Under the pieces are notes generated by a model. That model did not search any database and was not told the DNA's origin. It was given only the letters and a program-made list of their open reading frames with translations. Source: an uncultured Candidatus Saccharibacteria bacterium (GTDB lineage: Bacteria; Patescibacteriota; Saccharimonadia; Saccharimonadales; UBA4665). Taken from it: 64,000 bases of DNA. Both the position numbers and the translations under genes were made by a program. Each line of letters starts with the position of its first letter. Position 1 is the stretch's first letter. Positions 19,356-27,099 of this stretch are shown here, one piece after another. The DNA lies in contig OY970151.1 of NCBI GenBank assembly GCA_963706245.1, positions 238,994-302,993 of the forward strand, given 5' to 3'.

Positions 19356-20690
19356 TTGACAGTGCTTATGGATAAGAGTATTTTGAAATGGAATATGCTT
19401 GTTAGTGAGGGGAAAACAAATAATTATCCTTTAAGGGGACTCATATCCTTAGTCTGTCTTTTATGTGCTATCGGATTTGTCTTTACCAGTCATAAAGCTC
19501 TAGCCGCTACTTATAGCGTCACAACTAGCTCGGCCTGTACGCTTTCTGATGCTATTACGGCGTCTGATACCGACGCCATTAGTGGATCTTGTGCAGCTGG
19601 TGGCTCGTCCAATACCATAAATATGGCAGCCGGGACCTATACTCTAAGCGCCAATCTACCAACCATCATTAACCACAGTTTAACGGTCAATGGTGCCGGT
19701 CCGGAGCAGACCATAATCGACGGCGGCAACACCTATCAGATGTTTAACATTACATCGAGCGGCTTGACTTCGGTTTTCGAAAATTTCACTACCATTGGTG
19801 CAGCTGGCACTAATTCTGCCTGGTACTCAGTAGAAGATTATTCTGGAGGTGGCACTCTAAATATTAGTAATGTGGTATTCAGAGATTCTACCGTAGCCGG
19901 CGGAGTATACGTCTCTGAGCCCGGTTCAATAACCAATTCTTCTATTGATAACGTAAGAGGTCCAAACGGCGGGGCTCTGTTCATTACTGGCTTCGGAGCG
20001 GGCGAATTTAATATTATAAATACTACGATTGAAGGAAGTTACGGCGGAACAGGGGTCTGGATAGAAGACGATGGCTCTGGTAGTACTTATAATTTAATCA
20101 ACGATACGATTGCCAATAATGCCTCGAGTTCTTTCCCGGCGGCAGCCGGAGTCGAGATATGGCAATTTGCTTCTCCGTCATTTACGGTTAATTTGGAAAA
20201 TACAATTCTCGATAATAACTATGATATTAATAGCCCCTTCACTGCGGATAACTGTAGCTCTACTACTTATGCTAATTTCCCCTCTGAATTACCAACTTCT
20301 CTTGGCCATAACATAAGCAGCGATTCAACTTGTAGTAGTGTTCTTACGCAGACCGGCGATCTAAACAGTACCGATCCCTTACTTGGTAGCTTAACACTTA
20401 GCGACAACACCTACGTGCTACCGATAACTAGCAGCTCTCCGGCTTACAATGCAGCTGATGCGGCAGCTGCACCGGCAACCGATCAAAGAGGCATAACTCG
20501 ACCGCAGTGTGGTGGAGTAGATATTGGTGCCTACGAACTCTACTGTGCCCCGATTACTCCTAGTACACCAAGCTCGCCAGACACTGGCTTTGGGACTCCC
20601 TCTCGACATAGCGCCTTAGTAACCGCGGTTGCTGTAACCAGTAGTTTATTAATCCTAGTCGGATTATCCCGCAGATTTTCATCTAGATAA
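19356..20690 (+). CDS. secreted right-handed beta-helix protein (choice-of-anchor-Q-like) with C-terminal PDTG sorting-type signal
   Basis: Signal/anchor helix. DQRGITRPQCGGVDIGAYE motif. C-terminus SPDTGFG + hydrophobic helix + RRFSSR. Confidence 0.7.
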   Translation: MTVLMDKSILKWNMLVSEGKTNNYPLRGLISLVCLLCAIGFVFTSHKALAATYSVTTSSACTLSDAITASDTDAISGSCAAGGSSNTINMAAGTYTLSANLPTIINHSLTVNGAGPEQTIIDGGNTYQMFNITSSGLTSVFENFTTIGAAGTNSAWYSVEDYSGGGTLNISNVVFRDSTVAGGVYVSEPGSITNSSIDNVRGPNGGALFITGFGAGEFNIINTTIEGSYGGTGVWIEDDGSGSTYNLINDTIANNASSSFPAAAGVEIWQFASPSFTVNLENTILDNNYDINSPFTADNCSSTTYANFPSELPTSLGHNISSDSTCSSVLTQTGDLNSTDPLLGSLTLSDNTYVLPITSSSPAYNAADAAAAPATDQRGITRPQCGGVDIGAYELYCAPITPSTPSSPDTGFGTPSRHSALVTAVAVTSSLLILVGLSRRFSSR

Positions 20691-20753
20691 CTATAGCTTA
20701 GAGTCTTCTTATGATTTACAACTAAGGGTTCTAATTATGTAGACGCTGGTTTC

Positions 20754-22766
20754 TTATGCTGCCACTACTATCCCGGTAGCAGCATTGACCTTAGCGACAG
20801 CTGGACTGCTAGAGCTGAGTTGTTCTTTAGTGGCGACGGGCAGGGTAAAGCTAAAGACACTGCCTTTATCTACTACCGAGCTTTCTAGAGCGATTTTGCC
20901 ACCCATGTTCTCAACAATCATCTTGGAAATATAGAGGCCCAGTCCAGTGCCCCTAGTAGTATCACGGGTCAGTAGGCTGCTACTAGCTTGTTGAAATTTA
21001 TGAAACAGCAGTTGTTGGGATTCAGCGGTCATACCTCGACCAGTGTCGGTTACTATAACTTTAACCTTAGCCTTGTCCTCGGATAGGGCAGTAGTTATAG
21101 AGATACCCCCCTGATCGGTAAACTTAGCGGCGTTGCCGATTAAGTTATATATTACTTGCTTAAGACGATTTTCATCGACCCAGACCATAGGCAAGGTATT
21201 AAGCGTCATTTTGTCGATTTTTAGGTAGATGTTTTTCTCATTTAGAACGACCTTCATCTCGTAATTGACGCCTTCAACGACTTTTTCTAGGGATGTCGGC
21301 TTGTAAGTAAAACTCATTTTACCTTGTTCCAAACGCGATATGTCCAAGAAATCATTAACAATTTCAATTAACCGTTCGGCGCTGGTATGGATGTCCGCAA
21401 CCATTTCGTTAAGCATTGGGTCTTTAAGCTGCTCTTTGTAAAAATCCATAATCATACTGGAATTTCCTTTAATACTGGTAAGCGGGGTTCGTAGCTCGTG
21501 AGAGGCTATCGAGAAAAACTCATCTTTGGAGCGGGCCAGAATTTTTTCTTCTGTAATATCTTCGAGAAGAACCACTACTCCAAGTTTGTTTATCTTAGTA
21601 CCTTGATCGGCATAATCGATAACCGGCGCCATGAACAAACTAAGAATTTTTCCGTTGTAACCGAGCTCTTTTTGCTGAATCGGTTTATTACTGGAAGTTA
21701 CTTTATCGAGACTCGCCTTAAAGTCGATGTTTTTTACAAGCTTCTCTTGAATTAATTCAGTTGTCCAAGTTGGAATATCATTCTTAACTGTAGTCTCACG
21801 ACTATCCGGGGATTGATAGGAAAGAATTGTCGAGGCCTCTTTATTTATTAGGAAGACATTATTGTTGGCATCGGTCATGATAAAGCCCACGCCTAAACTG
21901 TTAATCGAAGCCTCCAGGCGAATCCTCTCGTTGTTTAATTCACTCGTTCTCTCTAGAACTTTCCTCTCGACGCTATCTTTTTCATTGTTTATTTCCTTAA
22001 GTTTTAATTTTAGACTCAAAAACATAAGATTGAAGGCGTTTGCCAGCCGGCCGATCTCATCTTTATTCTCTAGAAGTGCCGGTTGAATAATTGCTGCCAT
22101 ATTCCCACCGGCGATTTGTTCGGCGGTAATTGTTAGCTTATCGATCGGCTCTACCACTCTACGCGAGAATCTTAGGGCGAAAATAATAGTTATTGCTACA
22201 ACCAATACAAAGATAATAATGCCGGCTATAATACTGTCTAGGTAGGTCTTGTCGACTTGAGCCCGAACGGTCGCAATATGAGACAGGGAATCATTAATAA
22301 ATATTCCACTATCAGTGGCCACAAAGCCATATAACTGATTAGCCTTGTCATAAGTCGAGGCACCGACAAAGTTCCCCTGAGCATACTGTGCGACCCCCGA
22401 GTTAATAACTGCAACTAAGCTGTTTATAGTATTCTTTAAACCGACGTAATTGGAATAGGAGCCTGTTATCGACAGTGTTTTTTCGAGCTGTATGTAGCTA
22501 GTGTTAATTTGTTTTTCACTTGATTCGATAGCGACTTTATAGCCGTTAACAGAGCTTGGAGTCGAGTCAAGAGCAAAGTTATTATATTCGCTTATAAGAC
22601 CGTATGCGGTAGACGTTAACTGGTATTCGTTAACCATATTAGCCGAAATATTCTTATATTGGTTAGTGGCATTAAGCTGTAGCAAGGATAAGAAGATACC
22701 GAAGCAGACAAACCCCAGGATCTCTATAAGGAATGCCCTAAGTAGTCTAATTCGAAGCTTATTCAT
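20754..22766 (-). CDS. sensor histidine kinase (two TM, HAMP, PAS-like, HisKA, HATPase_c)
   Basis: H-box FSIASHELRTPLTSIKG, N-box NLIGNAAKF, DTGRGM, GTGLGLYISK. Confidence 0.9.
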   Translation of the reverse strand: MNKLRIRLLRAFLIEILGFVCFGIFLSLLQLNATNQYKNISANMVNEYQLTSTAYGLISEYNNFALDSTPSSVNGYKVAIESSEKQINTSYIQLEKTLSITGSYSNYVGLKNTINSLVAVINSGVAQYAQGNFVGASTYDKANQLYGFVATDSGIFINDSLSHIATVRAQVDKTYLDSIIAGIIIFVLVVAITIIFALRFSRRVVEPIDKLTITAEQIAGGNMAAIIQPALLENKDEIGRLANAFNLMFLSLKLKLKEINNEKDSVERKVLERTSELNNERIRLEASINSLGVGFIMTDANNNVFLINKEASTILSYQSPDSRETTVKNDIPTWTTELIQEKLVKNIDFKASLDKVTSSNKPIQQKELGYNGKILSLFMAPVIDYADQGTKINKLGVVVLLEDITEEKILARSKDEFFSIASHELRTPLTSIKGNSSMIMDFYKEQLKDPMLNEMVADIHTSAERLIEIVNDFLDISRLEQGKMSFTYKPTSLEKVVEGVNYEMKVVLNEKNIYLKIDKMTLNTLPMVWVDENRLKQVIYNLIGNAAKFTDQGGISITTALSEDKAKVKVIVTDTGRGMTAESQQLLFHKFQQASSSLLTRDTTRGTGLGLYISKMIVENMGGKIALESSVVDKGSVFSFTLPVATKEQLSSSSPAVAKVNAATGIVVAA

Positions 22767-22771
22767 CTAGT

Positions 22772-23962
22772 CTAACTCTTAGACGTGCCGTAAACCGCTT
22801 GGGTCGTTAAAAACCCGTCTTTAATTACAGTTAACTTAATATTGCTACTGGTCACCGCTTCAGGGGTCAACAGATAAGTTGGTACATTGATAAGACCATT
22901 ATTAAATGTCGTGTTTGTTAGTGGTTTTTTGCCGTTGGCAAAAGCTATAGCTGCCTCAATGGCAATTTTTGCCTCGGTATTTAGCGGCTTATAGACTGAC
23001 ACAGTCTGAGTTCCGGCTACCAGGCGCTGAATAGCTGAGATAGCTGCATCTTGCCCAGAGAGCGGTATCTTACCAAGTAGCCCATCTGTCTGAAGGGCTG
23101 CAGCCACACCGTCGGCCATACCATCATTAGCACAGATAATGGCATTGACTTTAACCCCTGTAGCTAAAAAGCTGATGACGTCGGCATTAGCCGTATCGGG
23201 GTCCCAGTTGGGAGTGTACTGATCGTAAACAATTTTAATTTTGCCGGCACTGACCAAAGGCTGCAAGACTGACATTACACCGGTCTGGACCTGTAGAGCG
23301 TTGGGGTCAGTTGCCGCTCCGCCGACAACCATGACGTTTGGTACGCTGACGGTTTTTGGTACAGCAGCAATTACGTATTTTGCTTCTAGCATGCCAACCG
23401 TAACGCTATTGTATGAATCGTAAAAATCCACATTACTGTTGGGTATAATCCGGTCATAGGCGATAACTTTAATGCCGGCGGCATGGGCTAGAGCGATGGT
23501 CGGAGCGACAGCAGTTGGATCATGAGCGATAATAATCAGAACATTAACTTTTTGAGCTATAAGGTTCTCAATCTGGGATACCTGAGTCGCGTCAACACTG
23601 TTAGCAACATAATAAGTTAGTGAGGCGCCATCTTTAGCGGCGTAGGTTTGCATATCCTTTAGGTCTTGAGGCCAACGCGACTGCTCAAGAGTATCCATAG
23701 ATAGTCCAATCCGTATGATCGGCGCCGTCACAACCGGTACCTTCTTTTTGTCCAGCAACTTCCAGGTAATGAAACCGGCAATTAATAACAGTATGACTGC
23801 CGAGGCAAGCATCAGCAGACGACGATTGTTTTTTGGTTTATCAGGTTTAGTTGGTGGCAGTGTTGGACTATTGTTTTCTAAGCCAGTAGGGACTGACTGA
23901 GACGCAATTGGATTGGCGCTTGGCAAGTCTGGGTTAGCAGGTTGCACGGAGCCATCGTCCAT
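22772..23962 (-). CDS. membrane-anchored type I periplasmic-binding-protein (ribose/xylose-binding-like) protein
   Basis: Pro-rich N-terminus, one TM helix, then a PBP type I fold pattern (IGLSM..., VNVLIIIAHDP, GKIPLSGQDA). Stop is 5 nt from the kinase start. Confidence 0.8.
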   Translation of the reverse strand: MDDGSVQPANPDLPSANPIASQSVPTGLENNSPTLPPTKPDKPKNNRRLLMLASAVILLLIAGFITWKLLDKKKVPVVTAPIIRIGLSMDTLEQSRWPQDLKDMQTYAAKDGASLTYYVANSVDATQVSQIENLIAQKVNVLIIIAHDPTAVAPTIALAHAAGIKVIAYDRIIPNSNVDFYDSYNSVTVGMLEAKYVIAAVPKTVSVPNVMVVGGAATDPNALQVQTGVMSVLQPLVSAGKIKIVYDQYTPNWDPDTANADVISFLATGVKVNAIICANDGMADGVAAALQTDGLLGKIPLSGQDAAISAIQRLVAGTQTVSVYKPLNTEAKIAIEAAIAFANGKKPLTNTTFNNGLINVPTYLLTPEAVTSSNIKLTVIKDGFLTTQAVYGTSKS

Positions 23963-24076
23963 AAATACTACCCGTAGATTTAAGTTGCTGACCTAACTAT
24001 AGCACCCTTTAGTTAATAACCATTAGCATTCTATAATTATGATGCAAAATGCATACCAAAGATAGTTGACATAATA

Positions 24077-24105
24077 TTGACATAGAAGCTTATTTGTGGT
24101 AGTAT
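24077..24105 (+). promoter_or_regulatory. sigma70-like promoter TTGACA-17-TAGTAT, just outside the left inverted repeat
   Basis: TTGACA 24077..24082, 17-nt spacer, TAGTAT 24100..24105. A second TTGACA lies 11 nt upstream. Confidence 0.45.
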
Positions 24106-24150
24106 ATATGCCTTGTCGTGGGATTTCTATAAATCTTGCAACAAGCTCAT

Positions 24151-24183
24151 TAACAAGCTAGGTTATCACAATATATTTAATCT
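24151..24183. repeat. left arm of imperfect inverted repeat flanking the GC-rich cassette
   Basis: TAACAAGCTAGG-TTATCACAATATATTTAAT compared with the reverse complement of 26521..26554, TAACAAGCTAGGGCTATCACAAAACATTTAAT. That is a perfect 12-mer, then 8/9, then 8/10. Confidence 0.6.
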
Positions 24184-24548
24184 GTAAGCCCAGGGGTGAC
24201 CAGAGCAAGCTTATTGCTGTCTAATTAAGTTTAGATTGCCATTAGCTTGCCCTGGTTGCAGTATCTGTTGAGCATTTTTGCTCCAGTTATTCCCAAGGTG
24301 CAGAAAGAACATATTGCAACCAATTTCAATTTTAACTTTGTAACAATTTCATATTTTTATTTCTTCGAGTGGTAGGCGGTGACTTTTTGCACGCGTTTTA
24401 TCGTGTGCAGTAAGTCACTTCCAACCCGGAAATGGCTACTTTGTCCTAGATTCTTAGGTACTAAGTACAACTATTTCCCCCTGAAGGGAAATGCTTTACC
24501 AGGCAACACCAGCTGTTTAAATGCATTACCTAGGTAGAAGGAGTAAAA

Positions 24549-26132
24549 ATGAACACAACTAAACATAGACCAAGTCGGCTACGACAAAGATTTACTTTGT
24601 CCGTAGTTGGTGCGATGTGCGTGCTTTCAGTAGTAGGGGCTTCAGGAGCAATTCTGACGCCAGTTGCTGCAAGCGCAAGCACCGTGACGTCGGCGCCGGT
24701 GATTTACTACTCCACGGTAGGTGCAGATCCGGCAGTCCCAGCAGGTGTATGGACGGCTAAAGCTGCTGAAGTGGACATTCGTTCACAACAGTCGGCGGCC
24801 ACTATGCGCCTTGAGGGACTCACCGCACAGGAGATTGCCAAGCTTCGATCAGACGCAGCAAGTGTTCACACTTGTTGGCTGTATCACGGCATGCATCTTC
24901 CGTTTGTGAGTGAGGGTTATCCGGGATCAAAGGTCATGAAGAATGTGATCTATACCGGACCGACAAGGCAAGCGTGGTGTGAGTCTGCAACTGTCATCAC
25001 TGGCAGGAGTGTTGTGGTTGAACCCGGTAATGTGACTACGGTCAATAACCCCGATGGTTCGACGACAACTAACACCACCACCGACACAGTGGCCCGGACT
25101 CACTGGACCACCGCCAGCATCTTGATCATCGCTAAGTGCGGGAATTTGACCGGGCCTTGGACAAAGACCAGGACATCCCAGCACGTATCGGTAAGCAGGA
25201 CGCAGACCATGACGGCTCCGACCACCACGACTACGCAGCCGCCGCCGGCAACGACGACGTCTACGCAGCCACCGCCTCCACCACCACCGCCTCCACCACC
25301 ACCGCCGGTAGTGCCATCACTAGTCTGCAGCAGCCTTGCGCTGAGCAACCCTAGCGGCAATACCGTCGATGCATCGGGCGTTTTTACGGAGTCAAATGTG
25401 ACGACACCTATCACAGGAACGTTCACATGGGCATCGGACGTCACATCGTCGGCAACCATTGCAGGGAACAGTGCAAGTGGCAGTTACACTTACTCTGGTC
25501 CTGGGACTTATACGGTAACATTGGTCGTCCAGACAACTGGAATACCTGGAGCCGTTACGCCCCAATGCACTGGTACCATCACGATTCCACCTCCAACGCC
25601 GGCTCCCGCTTATGCTTGTTCAAGCCTTTCGGTGAACATCACAAGCGGGACGTCAGTCAATGCGACAGCCGATTTTGTCTCTAACGAGCCAGCGACTGTT
25701 TCATTCCTGATGAGTAGCAGTGGACCTGACAGCGTCACGGTACCGGGAACGATTACTGCCCCTGGTGTCGCAACGGCGTCATACACGTACAGCACAACTG
25801 GTACCTTCGTGGTAACAGCAACAGTCAATGCGGCTGGAACTGATTCCACGGGACCGACGACTTGCACGTTTACGGTGAACATTCCGTGCCCGGTTCAACC
25901 ACCGTGCCCGCCACCGACACCACCGTGCCCGCCGCCAGTTCAACCACCGTGCTCACCTCCAGCACCGCCGTGCCAACCAGCGCACAGCCCTGCCAAACCA
26001 ATTCAGGACCCCCGTGTCCTCCAAACCAACAGCAACCGCCTTGCTCCGGCGCAGGTAACTCGCCTTGTCCTCACCATTCCAATGGTGGCGACTCGAACAG
26101 TCCCTGCAACACTCAGCACGGCTAACGCCTGA
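24549..26132 (+). CDS. secreted Pro/Thr-rich protein with two PKD-like modules and a Cys-Pro-rich tail; atypically GC-rich
   Basis: AAGGAG RBS and a signal peptide. A 13-Pro run. Two repeats of the ...C(S)SL(A/S)...G(N)(T/S)V(D/N)A...YTYS..GT(Y/F)(T/V)VT... type. NCG-rich codon usage unlike the neighbours. Confidence 0.75.
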   Translation: MNTTKHRPSRLRQRFTLSVVGAMCVLSVVGASGAILTPVAASASTVTSAPVIYYSTVGADPAVPAGVWTAKAAEVDIRSQQSAATMRLEGLTAQEIAKLRSDAASVHTCWLYHGMHLPFVSEGYPGSKVMKNVIYTGPTRQAWCESATVITGRSVVVEPGNVTTVNNPDGSTTTNTTTDTVARTHWTTASILIIAKCGNLTGPWTKTRTSQHVSVSRTQTMTAPTTTTTQPPPATTTSTQPPPPPPPPPPPPPVVPSLVCSSLALSNPSGNTVDASGVFTESNVTTPITGTFTWASDVTSSATIAGNSASGSYTYSGPGTYTVTLVVQTTGIPGAVTPQCTGTITIPPPTPAPAYACSSLSVNITSGTSVNATADFVSNEPATVSFLMSSSGPDSVTVPGTITAPGVATASYTYSTTGTFVVTATVNAAGTDSTGPTTCTFTVNIPCPVQPPCPPPTPPCPPPVQPPCSPPAPPCQPAHSPAKPIQDPRVLQTNSNRLAPAQVTRLVLTIPMVATRTVPATLSTANA

Positions 26133-26520
26133 AGGTTTTTGGATACAAGATCAAACGGGCCAGAAAGGAGGTGTCTAGAGAGTTAAACTCAGTTAGATTC
26201 ACTTCTAACCTCTAAGGGATTCGACCTTGCAAGAACTTAGAGATTAGATTTCCGTACAAATATAGACAAGTGATTCCCCAGTAGTGTTGATATGCGCGAA
26301 CCAATTATCCTCTGCCTGCGAGAAATGTGTATTATCGCACTACTGGGGATATCACCCAACCGTTACAAAGTTATTACTCTTTAGAGTAAACAATGAAATT
26401 GAAAAGCAATATGCCAAATAAGCGAGGTGGTCATAAGGACTAAGGAAGATTTTTTGAGGCTATTTATAGCTAATACCAAAAAACCAACCCCAACCCATTA
26501 CACCACCTCGCCTCATCCAT

Positions 26521-26554
26521 AAATTAAATGTTTTGTGATAGCCCTAGCTTGTTA
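26521..26554. repeat. right arm of imperfect inverted repeat flanking the GC-rich cassette
   Basis: Reverse complement matches 24151..24183 (see that feature). Lies 12 nt from the 3' end of the MFS gene. Confidence 0.6.
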
Positions 26555-26565
26555 GATAGCTAACT

Positions 26566-27099
26566 TTATATCTCAGAGTAAGCGTCAGTCTTAAACTTAG
26601 CCGGTAGTAAGAAAGTTATAACACAGGTAATCGCCAGTATGCCGAGAGTATAGATAATTGACCATCTAAAAGCTTGAACAAAGTTACGGGCATTAGCTTT
26701 TGCTATACTGCCTGTAATCGAGTTACTAATAGCTTTGCCAGAAGCCGTTGTCTCACTCGGCATCTTACAACTGGCTGGAACAACTGAAGAATCTTTTTCG
26801 CGGGAGCGATCGACAAAACAGTTTTTAACACTGGCTATAATGGCCGAGTCGGTTGTGGCCGGGAGATGATCAGCTACTAAGCTGCTATGGAGAGACGGTT
26901 CAATATAGTTGAAGCTGGCCGGCGCGGCGTGCGATAACTGACCGAAGAAGATTACGCCAACGACCGCTACACCAATTACCCCACCAACTTGTTGGACAGC
27001 GTTTAATATACCGGAAGCTGAGCCGGCATGGCGCGGATCAACACCGTTTAAGACGGCGGCAAATAGGGCTCCAAAGACACAGCCCATGCCGATTCCCAT
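26566..27099 (-). CDS. MFS (DHA2/EmrB-like) transporter, C-terminal fragment of a frame-disrupted gene
   Basis: MGIGMGCVFGALFAAVLNGV... is a typical late MFS helix, followed by an extracytoplasmic loop and a last TM. Confidence 0.65.
   Translation of the reverse strand: MGIGMGCVFGALFAAVLNGVDPRHAGSASGILNAVQQVGGVIGVAVVGVIFFGQLSHAAPASFNYIEPSLHSSLVADHLPATTDSAIIASVKNCFVDRSREKDSSVVPASCKMPSETTASGKAISNSITGSIAKANARNFVQAFRWSIIYTLGILAITCVITFLLPAKFKTDAYSEI

Noticed and set aside
24721-26125. Alternative-frame and antisense ORFs inside the GC-rich gene, including the poly-Gly ORF 25100..25459.
   Set aside because: High GC suppresses stop codons in all frames. The poly-Gly run is simply the complement of the poly-Pro run. 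Only the 25862..26125 frame is kept, as a possible C-terminal frameshift clue.
26160-26180. Strong Shine-Dalgarno-like aaaggaggtg after the cassette gene, considered as the start of a small gene.
   Set aside because: No ATG, GTG or TTG at suitable spacing opens an ORF of meaningful length.
24141-26564. Target-site duplication flanking the inverted repeats, which would prove transposition.
   Set aside because: The bases immediately outside the repeats (..agctcat and gatagct..) are not a direct repeat. I therefore do not call the cassette a transposon.
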